Source: Pelagomonas calceolata (lineage: Eukaryota). Taken from it: a stretch of DNA of 64,000 nt. A model generated the notes under the pieces. That model made no database searches. It saw nothing but the letters and a program-made list of their open reading frames with translations, and was not told where the DNA came from. Shown here piece after piece: positions 43,001 to 52,719 of this stretch. The stretch is from contig CAKKNE010000006.1 in assembly GCA_918797485.1 (NCBI GenBank), forward strand, positions 1,426,001-1,490,000, written 5' to 3'. Numbering within the stretch: the first letter of the stretch is position 1; each line of letters starts with the position of its first letter. The position numbers and the translations under genes are program-made.

Positions 43001-43656
43001 GGAGCCGACAACGCGCGCTCGGAGGGCGGGAAAAGAATTATACTAGACAACTCCCGAGTTTATGTTCGTTTCCTTCCGTTTGTTAGTGGTAGAGTCCATC
43101 TAGCCCGCCTCAACATTTACTGAGCCCAGTATCTTGATCCGTATGAGCCGCGGGATTCGGCGACTTTGGTACCCCGCGTTTACAGAAAGATGGGTAAATA
43201 AGTAGGATCCGCGAGTATCAGCGACGCCACTATCCAGATGGACCATAACGCCGTTGTTCTATTCACGATCGACCGACTTGCCCGTTCTCCGCGGACGACG
43301 GTGCGTACGCGGGCCCCCGGAAAAGCCCCAGACCCGTGAGTTGTGAAATAAATTTGCGTTTCAGGCGGTTCGGTTGCGGGACGGGCCATCTGACCGGGCT
43401 GAGCGTCTACTACATTGCTTCGAGACCCCGAGATGTTCCCCGCGCCTCGGCCATCTCGCGAGCCCACGATCTCGCTTATATGGGCTGGAGAGCTGGATAT
43501 GCGACCATCAGCCCGTGTACCTTCACCATAGACCATAACGCGATCATTTGTTTCATGACCGACGGACTTACGCGAGGTCCAGATCAAGATGTTCACGTCC
43601 CGGGCGTGGGCAGCCAAAAGTACCCTTCTTATAATGTAGATGTCACATACTTGTAA
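43001..43656 (+). pseudogene. Decayed coding sequence with two tandem ~97-aa homologous domains of unknown family
   Basis: Gapless alignment of 43061-43290 with 43351-43580 (offset 290) shows many synonymous differences; stops and a frameshift are present. Confidence 0.5.
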
Positions 43657-44288
43657 TTGACTATCGATGGGGTAGTATAGTGTCCAACGATACCGCTATA
43701 GCGACTACTGGGGGCCCTCGGGTAATTGCGTATTTGACGGTGACGGGGTGCTATCGGGCCCAAATTATTTACTTTTTTTGGATGCAGATCGGCCCTCGGA
43801 CTTACTCTGGGATAGGTCTGGGGTCGGGTGGTCGCCGACACCGCATGCGCCGCTGCTTGGGGCTCTCCAGAGAGCTCTGGATCGAAAACTTTGGGGGATC
43901 ATGATAGGTCTCTGCAAACTGCTGGGGACCTGTACTGATATGTATCCACCGATGGAAGCGCCCGCGCATGCGGTGTAGGCGATTGCGCACGTCTAGTATC
44001 GACCCTAGGCGACTCCCGGGAGGCCTCCGGGCCACGAATCGACAGGATTCCACCGGCGCGGCCGACCACTTTTGGCGGCCCGTCGGCGCCGCGAATTAAA
44101 TTTTTTTTTTCGCCACCCAGTAAGTGTCGTATCGATCGCCCCGGACGACAAACGGCCCAAACGATATTCAAACAACTCCAGGGCGCATCTCACACTTTTT
44201 ACCCCGGGATCGTGAACGCGGCGCGCGCCGACAGACGTTCGAAACCCCAGCACGCCGTCGCCGCGACCCCCAAGATAACTAGAGATAA

Positions 44289-45767
44289 TTACATGAGCGC
44301 ACAGGAGCTCTGGTTGGCCGCCGCCTTCTGGACTTGATCCAAACCCTTCTCCGCGTGCGCGTGGGACCGCTCGACGAGTTCCCCGATTTTGTCGACGTCG
44401 TCCTGCTGCTTGTCGACCAATGTCGCGAGATCCCTAAAAATCTCGTTGACCTTGTGCACGTCCGCGTTGATGTTGCGCAGCTCGGCCTCGCGCTCCCTTA
44501 CGAGAGCCTCGTCGATGTCCTCGTCCTGCATCGCCACCTGTGTGTTTTTCGCGTGTTTTTTTTCGCGCGTGATGCCATCGACGCGACGTCATCGACGCGT
44601 CCTCGCCGCGCCGGCGGCCCGGCCGAAGCCGCCTCTTCCGTGCCGACGCGCGGCGACGCGCGGCGACGCGGCCGCCCCCCCTTTACGCCGTCGAGGCAGC
44701 GGGTGCACCGCGTCCGCGTGTCCGCTCGACGGCGTGGAGGCGACACGGACGAGTATCTCGGCCCCTCTCGCACGCCGTCGACGCGTCAGGTCGAGCGAAG
44801 CCACCTCGAGTCTCGCGCCGGTCGCCGCACCTGGAGCTGGACGCGCTGCTCGCCCACGAGGAGGTCGACGTCGCCCGGCGGCGGTCGCGGCGGCGACCGG
44901 TCGCGGCCCGCCGCGGCGCCGACCGGTGGGGGGCGCGCCGGCGGCACCGGCGGCGCCGCGGCGACGCGGCCGAGGCGCCGCGTCGCCTGGCGGATCCGGT
45001 CCTCGACGCGCTCGAAGTCCGTGCGGAGGCGCGCCTGTGTTGTGTTTGTCTTTTACGGTACGGCGATCGACGTCCTCTCGGTGTGGCGATTGTTTCCTCT
45101 CGTCGGCGTCGGCAGCGCCGGCGGTGCTCGACGGACGGCGGCGCCGTCGCGCCGGCGTTCGCCGCACCAGCGGCTCTCACGCCAGCCGTGGACGTAGACC
45201 GCCTCTCCAGGGAGCCGCGCGAGCCGACACGACGAGAGTGCTATACGCGCGACCGCGTCTCTCTCTCTCCTACGGTTTAGCCCACGGTACCTCCACCTTG
45301 GCCCCAGCCGACGTTACCTTCACATGAACGCAATGATGGCGTCGAGGAGACCACAAGTGTCCACCTCAAGCCATCGCGCAGACGACGGGAATGAGCGGCG
45401 GCCGTGGCGGATCTCGCGCCCCCTCCACGCCGTCGACGCGACGTAAAAACACAAAAGGTACCACGCCGGTGGGAACGTGCGCGGCACGTCTCCGCGGGGC
45501 CGTCGCGGGCGGGCTGTTCTCGGCGTCCCGCAGCAATTCCGTGAGGTGCCGCCGCGTCGCCCGCGTGAGGTCCTCGACGACGCCGCGCTGGACCGCGACC
45601 TGCTGGCGCAGCTCGGCGTCGGCGCCGGCCGCGCCCGCGGAGTCGACCATGTCGCAGAGCCGTTCGAGCAGGGCCACGTTCTGGCGCAGCTGGCGCAAGG
45701 CGTTGGCCGCGCGGTCCGTCGTGGCGTCCGGTTGCGTCGTCGCGCGCTCGGCGGCGGCGAAACTCAT
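44289..45767 (-). CDS. Syntaxin-like Qa-SNARE lacking a transmembrane anchor, ends in CaaX (exons 45767-45477, 45034-44831, 44537-44289)
   Basis: Habc-like helices, RLRTDF, SNARE motif ERE..L..I..DV..VNEIFRDLATLV..Q...VD.I; ends SSCALM*. Confidence 0.8.
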
Positions 45768-45989
45768 GGAGGTGGTTTTTTGTTTTCTGGTGCTGCTAGT
45801 TCGTTTCGTCCGGTGTGGTGCTTTGTGGCTGCTTGGGGGTTGCGCAGAGGGTCAGAGGCGGCCTGTTGACGTTTTTTTCGCGCCCTGCGATTTTTGACTC
45901 GCGGCGCAGCTGCTCAATTATGTCTTACGGGTTTTGTCTCGGGTCCCTTGTAGTCCGACGGAACCACCGATCTCTTTAAACAGAGGTCT

Positions 45990-46140
45990 GGTTCTATAGT
46001 CACGGATGTCTAGGTCAAGACACCGCTATCTTAGTTGGTTAGACGAGCCGTAAAAGGCTCGAGCACTGACTTCAGGTTCTGATTCTGACAGCCTGGGTTC
46101 GAAGGAGTTTTAAAACGCTCTGAAATTCCCAGTAGAACCT
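45990..46140 (+). tRNA. tRNA-Gln(CTG) with three BHB introns (46002-46031, 46043-46067, 46104-46126)
   Basis: Removing the introns gives a 73-nt cloverleaf GGTTCTA TA GTCT AGTTGGTTA GGAC T TCAGG TTCTGAT TCTGA CAGC CTGGG TTCGAAT CCCAG TAGAACC T; oligo-T terminator follows. Confidence 0.9.
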
Positions 46141-46752
46141 CTCTCTTTTTTTTGCTTTTTTGGGCTCCTGGAGACACGTTCTTTCGATTGACGGAGTTTG
46201 AGGACAATCGGCGTACGTCGTTTACCCCGTGAAACACGCGTGGGTACCAGAATCAAGGAAGATTGCACTATACTACCGCGGCCGCCGCGGGCGTCTCGCG
46301 CGATGGCGCCTCGTCCGACGACGCGAGCTCCAGTGGCGCGGAAGCCGCGCCGGTGTTGGGGAGAGGGCGCGTGCGATGCATAGGGAAATTGCAGCGCGGC
46401 GACGGCTCGACCGCCGCGGGCGCGTCCTCGCGTGCGAGCTCCGCCATTTCAAGTACACGCCACTACTTTAGGCGGCGTAAAAGGCTTGTTTTGGGCCCCT
46501 TGGCTTGGTAACGCGCCGCGCTGGTTCGCAGTCAGGAAGGCACAAGGCACAAAAATGGCCCTGGGGGCAGCCCTACCGTACAACCCACCGGTTTTTGGTT
46601 AGCCCTCGCGTGTGGGTGCTCTCGTAGCTGCCCCCTGATGGTCGCGCGCGCCGATGCACAAACTTGTATGTCGAGGGGGAGCGAGCCGCAAAGTCCGCCA
46701 TACCCCCCCAAAGCGAAGGGTGCGCACGGCGATGCAAAAAACAAAAAAAAAA

Positions 46753-46849
46753 TGGAGAATAGGGGATTCGAACCCATGACCTATCGCATGCGAAGCGATC
46801 GCTCTACCAACTCACTAGCGTTCTCTAGCTAGACCTGAGCTAATTCCCC
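46753..46849 (-). tRNA. tRNA-Ala(CGC) with a ~25-nt D-loop intron (46809-46833)
   Basis: Acceptor GGGGAAT/ATTCTCC with G3:U70, anticodon arm ATCGC-TTCGCAT-GCGAT, T loop TTCGAAT, oligo-T terminator; the insert forms a relaxed BHB. Confidence 0.9.
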
Positions 46850-47165
46850 AGTTTTGTACTTGTGCCACTTATCGGTGCCGAAAAGAGGACACATGCGTGG
46901 GAGAGATGGTGATTTTTGGTTCTTAAAATGTTTATCGCGGAAACCCTATTTTTTTTATTTGCCTTTTTTAAAACCGATTTGACGTGCAGCCCGGACCAAA
47001 GATCTGCTTGAAGGCCCGAAAAACTCAACAAGCCGAAGAAGGCAGCCCGCAGCCACACCTCACAAATCCGTCAGCAAAACGAGCGCCGTCAAGCGGAGCA
47101 AAACGCAAAAAACACATATAGCTGCAGGCCGCTCTTGCGCGTCCGGACGCGTGGGCGGGAGAACG

Positions 47166-48024
47166 ATGGACGACGAGCGCCAATCCCGCAAGCTGCGCCA
47201 GCTCCAAGCCGAGATGATCGCGCTGGCCAACGACCGAGAAAAGGCGACGTCGGCCGACGAATGCCGCGCCATCGACGCGAAGCTGCGCGCGCTCGCCGAG
47301 CGGGGCGCGGCGATGAAGCACGTCAAAATGTCTCCGGAGGAGAAGCCCTGCGCCGCGTGCAAAAGGCCGACGGCCCGGACGGTCGTCTCGGAAGGCCGGG
47401 CGCACCGGTTCTGTTCGGTCGAGTGCGCGTCTTCCCGCGTCCGAATCAAGGCGTGTCGCCTCGATGGCGTCGAGGTGGACGTATCGTTTTGACGCCGTCG
47501 GAGAGTGAGAGACACGGTTGCGTTGTGCTGATGCGCGTCGATGGCGTACTGGTGTTGTACTGATGCGGTGGAGTACGCCGTCGGTACCCGCCAGTACGCC
47601 ATCGACGGATGGAAGCTCGCGAGCGGGGGCGGGTCGGAACAAGAGTACGCGCGACGCAGGCCAGCGCCGCGGCTGGAGCCAGACGGACGGGAGCGCGGGC
47701 GAGGCGCCGCCGCCGCCGCGGAAGCCGATCGGCGCGCTCACGCTCGACGCGAAGAAGGACGAACAAGAGGACCGCGACACGATCGTGGCCTGCGGCGCGG
47801 CGCGGCGGCGGCGGCAGCGACGGCCCGACGTCGTGCTCGACTCGACGCCGCGGCGGGTCGCGCCGCCGCCGGACGGGACTTTGCGCGTGGCGGGCGCGCC
47901 GCAGAAGCTCCTGCCCGCGCCGCCGCCGCCGCCCGAGGCGTTGCTGGACGGGTTCGAGAGCGACGAGGTCGTCGAGGACTCCCGGACCGGTGGTGGTGGC
48001 GGGTGGGGGCGGGGGTTTCTGTGA
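47166..48024 (+). CDS. Hypothetical protein with coiled coil and CxxC...FCSxxC zinc finger; intron structure uncertain
   Basis: CAAC...RFCSVEC, then an intron-like segment with the repeat motif, then a Pro-rich open frame. Confidence 0.4.
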
Positions 48025-48104
48025 TGTTCTGTGTTTTGACTATGAAGTGTTTTGCGATTTTGTTAATAGAAGTACTAGTAGGAACTACAATCAACAAATC
48101 TTAC

Positions 48105-49361
48105 TCAGTAGTACCCCGCGTGCAGCCAGAACTCCGCGACGCGGCGGGCTGGCTGGGCCGGAAGGCGAAGCATCGATGCAAAAGTCGGCCTGATCCGCGC
48201 GAGGTGGGCTTGCGCATACCTCTTGAAGCCGCCCGCGGCGACGACTCGCCCGAGGTACGGGTCCGGAGGATATGCGGCAGGCAGCTCGGCCCCGGCACGG
48301 AGAAATAAAGGCCACATACGGTGATACTCTCTTCGGAGTGCAAGGTCGAAAGGCGTCAGCCTGTGACCTTCTCTTAGATTCGGAGAAGCGCCTGCGGCCA
48401 GGAGCACTTCGACGCAACTGGTAGCCCTATGGTAGACTGCAAGGTACAGCGCCGTCTCTCCATCAGGGGTCTTCGCGTCAACATCAAGGCCCGCTTCGAC
48501 TAGTAACGAGACTATTTTAGTGTTTCCTCTGCGAGCCGCGTAGTGAAGCGAAGGCGTCAGCCCGTGACCTTCTCTTAGATTCAGAGAAGCGCCTGCGGCC
48601 AGGAGCACTTCGACGCAACCGGTAGCCCTATGACGTACTGCAAGGTACAACGCCGTCTCTTCATCAGGGGTCTTCGCGTCAACATCAACGCCCGCTTCGA
48701 CTAGTAACGAGACTATTTTAGTGTCGCCTCCACGAGCCGCGTAGTGAAGCGCCGTCTCTTTATCAAGGGTCGTCGCGTCAACATCAACGCCCGCTTCGAC
48801 TAGTAACGACACCATTTTAGTGTCGCCTCTGCGAGCCGCGTAGTGAAGTGGTGTAAGACCATAACCATCGGTCGCTTCCAAGTCTGCCCCAGCATCGCGA
48901 AGGAGCTCGAGACAGGCCGCGCAACCATCCGTAAAGCGTCGCACTTTGCACAACGCAAGAATTGGCGTTTCACCCTGAGGGTCTACCCCAAAGTAGAAGG
49001 ACTCCGGACGTTCGCGGAAGGAATCCGGCGCCTCGCAGAAGGAATTCGGCGAGGCTCCGGATGCAAGCAGTCGGCGGACCGCCTCGACGTCACCACGGGA
49101 TGCGGCATCGTGGATCGACTCCACGGGTGAATCCTTGCCCCCGGTGTCGCCAACACCAAAAAAAAAGGGGGGCGGCGGAGGCCGACCGCCCCAGGGATCA
49201 CGTCGACGGTCGGCCAGATATCCTTCCGTGCCCTCGGCGGTGACGATCGTCGACTCCTCGCACACGGTACCACATCTCACACAGACGGCTTCGGCCGAGC
49301 TCTCGTTCAAGTCGATGTCCGTGCTGCGGCACTCGGGGTTCGAGCAGCGCATCTGCGACAT
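48105..49361 (-). CDS. TFIIB/BRF1-type zinc ribbon fused to ankyrin repeats
   Basis: CSNPEC.STDID....EAVCVRCGTVCEESTIV, then ~7 ANK repeats (TALHYAARRG...LLVEAGVDVDA), several near-identical at the DNA level. Confidence 0.8.
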   Translation of the reverse strand: MSQMRCSNPECRSTDIDLNESSAEAVCVRCGTVCEESTIVTAEGTEGYLADRRRDPWGGRPPPPPFFFGVGDTGGKDSPVESIHDAASRGDVEAVRRLLASGASPNSFCEAPDSFRERPESFYFGVDPQGETPILALCKVRRFTDGCAACLELLRDAGADLEATDGYGLTPLHYAARRGDTKMVSLLVEAGVDVDATTLDKETALHYAARGGDTKIVSLLVEAGVDVDAKTPDEETALYLAVRHRATGCVEVLLAAGASLNLREGHGLTPSLHYAARRGNTKIVSLLVEAGLDVDAKTPDGETALYLAVYHRATSCVEVLLAAGASPNLREGHRLTPFDLALRREYHRMWPLFLRAGAELPAAYPPDPYLGRVVAAGGFKRYAQAHLARIRPTFASMLRLPAQPARRVAEFWLHAGYY

Positions 49362-49769
49362 CTTGGCTGTTGGTGATTTCACTGGCGCTCCGGCGTGTGG
49401 TTTCGGCCGCGCCGCTTGGAGAAAAAAAGCCGACCGTGCGCTCTGTGGCGCAGTGAGAAGCAAATACCTCAGTGAGGTGCGCCGCTGTAGCGGTACGTAG
49501 CGGTACGCCGAGAACTGATTACACAGTGAGCACAGGGCGGCCAGCGGCTTTTGACAGTCCCGTGACCACTGCGCTGTCGGCTTTGATGCAGGAGAGCTTG
49601 CTAGTGTCTTACAGGATGCTAGCTCACTGAGCGCGACGCGTCGCCATACTCGTCCGTCTGGAGCTGGCAAAACTGCGTGTGTGCTTGTTCTCGATCGCTG
49701 CGAGACGCAGACGCAGCAAAATCGCACCGCTAAGGGCTCTATGCAGCTCACACAAATCTACCCCTGACC

Positions 49770-50702
49770 ATGCGCGGCGCGCTCTTCAGCGCATTCGTGG
49801 TCCACGCCCTGGCCTTGTCCGCACGGCGGCGGCCGTGCCTCCTGCGCTCACCAACACTCGTCCGCGCCGCCGCGGCGAGCGGGCGGCGGCCGTGCCACCT
49901 GCGCTCACCAACACGCCTCCGCGCCGCCGCGGCGAGCGACGATAATGGAGCTCAAGCCGTGGTCAGGGCGGCCGCCGTCGCCGGCCTCGACCGCGTCCAA
50001 GCCTTCGCGCGAGCGCACTGCGCCCGCCTCGCGGGCGACACACCACAAAAGCCGGAACTAGCCAAGGGGCAGGAGTGCGACGTGCCGTTCCCGGGGCTGC
50101 GCGCCACGCCCTGGCACGCGACGGAAGAGTTGGGCTGGGTCGCACGTCTGGAGGAGGATTGGAGAGAAGCGCGGGACGAGCTGACGGCCTTCCTGGCGCT
50201 GCTGGACGAAGGCGGTTTTGTGAAGCCGGAGACGGCGCTCTGCCCCGAGACGGGCCGCTTCGAGAAGCTGGTATTGTGCGAGGACGGGAGCCGAGCGATT
50301 GAGACGGCGACGCGCGTCGGCCGCGACCATTTTGCGAGGACGCTCGCGCTGCTGCGGGTGAGCGGTGCGCCGCTCGGCCCGGCGCCCGTCAGCATGAATA
50401 GGCAGCCTGCGGGCTCGGGGCTGCCGCCGCACTCGGACAACGCGAACTTTCTGTTGACGGGCCACCTCGGCCTCGTCGTGCCTGATGGTGTTTGCGAGTT
50501 TGTGATGGTGGAGTCGACCACGCGGCGGTGGCGCGAGGGTCATGTATTACTCGCGGACACGTCCTTCGTGCACGCGACGCGCAACGATTGTGAAGCGGAC
50601 CGCGTCGTGCTCCACTTCACGGTCTGGCATCCCGACCTCGCCGCGGCGGAGCGGGACGGCATCGTCCGCCTGCACGGGGCGCTGCGCGCGGCCGGGGGAT
50701 AG
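49770..50702 (+). CDS. Aspartyl/asparaginyl beta-hydroxylase family (2OG-Fe(II)) protein, predicted plastid-targeted
   Basis: PPHSD...LTGHLGL.VP, W.EG..L..DTSFVH...N, RVVL...VWHPDL. Confidence 0.85.
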   Translation: MRGALFSAFVVHALALSARRRPCLLRSPTLVRAAAASGRRPCHLRSPTRLRAAAASDDNGAQAVVRAAAVAGLDRVQAFARAHCARLAGDTPQKPELAKGQECDVPFPGLRATPWHATEELGWVARLEEDWREARDELTAFLALLDEGGFVKPETALCPETGRFEKLVLCEDGSRAIETATRVGRDHFARTLALLRVSGAPLGPAPVSMNRQPAGSGLPPHSDNANFLLTGHLGLVVPDGVCEFVMVESTTRRWREGHVLLADTSFVHATRNDCEADRVVLHFTVWHPDLAAAERDGIVRLHGALRAAGG

Positions 50703-51597
50703 TTTTTTTGTTAAGTTTATGTGAGCTGTCCACGGCCTCGTCGATGGCGCATCGCGTCGATGGCGTACTAGTGGGCTACCCCATCGCCACGCCATCGCTG
50801 CGCATCAGCACTCGAGTGCCCCGTGACCAAAGGACGCCTGGCCCAAACTCACTAGGGCCTGTGTGCCCCGTACCGACGGTACCGTCAACGGGGCACATAC
50901 AAGTATGTATCCCTGTGGAGCTCAGCCCGCATAAGGGTGGCCGGGAGCTCTCAGCCCCCCCCTCCGACAACCACAACAAAGCTACGACGCGCGCGTCGCG
51001 TCGAAAAAAACGGGTTTTACAGGTCGTGCGTACCACGCGAGGCTCATCCGCGCGTAAAAAAATCCACAGACCTGTCATTCGCGACGCTACAACCATACCA
51101 AAAACATGAGCCGGCCGCCCGGCCGCGCCGCCGGCCTCCTCATCTCTTTGGTGACCCTCACCACAGCACAAGTTACGCCGAGCCCGTCGTCCCTACCGAA
51201 CCAGTACTCGCCCGACAAGCGCATACCGCAGTTCATCGATTTAGGACTGACCGCGGCGTGCGGCGTCCTGATGCTGATCCTGCTCAGCCTCGTAACGCGA
51301 CCGGCGTCCGCGGTTACGGGTCACCGTCGCCTCGATGGCGTCTCGTGTCCTTTACGCCATCGCCGCGACCCCGTCGAGGGCCCCGCTTCGTCGAGGCGTC
51401 TCGCGACCGTCGCAGGTCGTCCGCATGACCCGCGCGCACCTCGACGCGCCACCTAGACGTTTAGTCCAGGCCGACACCTTCAGCAAAGAGGGCCAGCGGT
51501 GGTCCTGGGACTTCGTGCTCCTCCTACCGATCAGAGACGAGGACGCGCTCCAGGACGCCCCAAAACGGCAGCAGGACGTCGACCTACGGCCTTTTTT

Positions 51598-52017
51598 ATG
51601 ACCATCGCCGACGCTGATAATGATGAAGTGTATCTGGACGTGCCGGGCTACGAGAATTACTTCGCGGAGGACGCTTTACCTATTATAGACGAGGAGGCGA
51701 AGGAGGAGGAGGAGGAGTCCGTGCTCTCGTCGTCGGCGGCGTCGTCTTCCGAGGCGTCTGCGTCTGCGTCTGATGATGATGACGCGTCGACGGGCTCGTC
51801 GTCCTACGAGAGCTACACGGCGTCGTCGGCGTCGTACTCCGGCGCGTCTGACGACGACAGCGCGGGCGCCGCGTGGCCCGCGGGCGCGGCAGGCGCCGGC
51901 GCCGCGGCGGCGGGCGCGGGCACGGCCTACGCCGCGGGCGGCCACTCGGCCGAGCTCGATTACACCGGTCCGGAGCTCGCCCACAGCGCGGAGCTCGACT
52001 ACCAGAGCCCGGTGTAA
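51598..52017 (+). CDS. Low-complexity acidic/Ser/Ala-rich hypothetical protein; gene structure uncertain
   Basis: Open frame with host-like codon usage and a duplicated HSAELDY motif. Confidence 0.35.
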   Translation: MTIADADNDEVYLDVPGYENYFAEDALPIIDEEAKEEEEESVLSSSAASSSEASASASDDDDASTGSSSYESYTASSASYSGASDDDSAGAAWPAGAAGAGAAAAGAGTAYAAGGHSAELDYTGPELAHSAELDYQSPV

Positions 52018-52039
52018 TCACAAATATAATACCAACAAA

Positions 52040-52529
52040 TCAACACGCGCCCGGCCAGCAGTGGCCCTCGACGTCCTCGTCCTCGACCTCGCGGAGGCGC
52101 GCGGCGAGCAGGTTGCGCGACGCCGTGAGGCGCTCGACGTGCTCGTCGAGGGGCACGAGGTCCCGTTCGCTTTTCTCGAAGACCACGCGCATCTCCTTCG
52201 CCGACAACAAATCTAAATCCTCGAGCGCGTCGAGGTATTTCGTGCACTGTGTGTAGACGACCGGTGACGCGATTCGTGAGAGTTTCCCCGCGCAATCGAT
52301 CTGGCGCGGCGCCGCGTCGACGGCGTCTCGACGTACAACGCCACCTCGACGCCAACGCGGGAAGACTTTTCACCCAAAACGGACGCTGGGAGCGGACGTC
52401 GCGGAGGAGCTGGCTGCGTTTCGCCAACGCCGCGGTCGGTGGCTTCGGGATCTTCGGGAGCGCATCGCTGCTCGTGCTGAGCTGCCGCCTTGTCGTTTGG
52501 AGTGCTCTACGCGCGGCGCCAAGTATCAT
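52040..52529 (-). CDS. Small hypothetical protein with mitochondrial-type presequence (intron 52247-52373)
   Basis: MILGAARRALQTTRRQLS presequence; a GT-AG intron joins it in frame to a helical C-terminal exon. Confidence 0.55.
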
Positions 52530-52719
52530 TGTGTTAGTTTACTCCTCGCAGGTCTCCAGCGGCCGTGCTCGTGTTTTACGTTCTTATTTACACCGGTAAC
52601 ACTGCGCGCACCTGGAATAAGAAGGACTTACTCAGCAAACTGGCGCCGGCTAGCGTGCATTAGCCCACTAGCTTTGAGCCGTCGAGCCCAGTAGTACCCT
52701 AAAGATGCTCCATTACACA

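Noticed and set aside
46811..46834. 24-nt GT...AG spliceosomal intron in tRNA-Ala
   Set aside because: Too short and within a Pol III gene; the BHB-like pairing explains the insert better. Kept only as an alternative junction.
48330..48850. CRISPR-like or satellite array
   Set aside because: These are in-frame ankyrin coding duplications without unique spacers.
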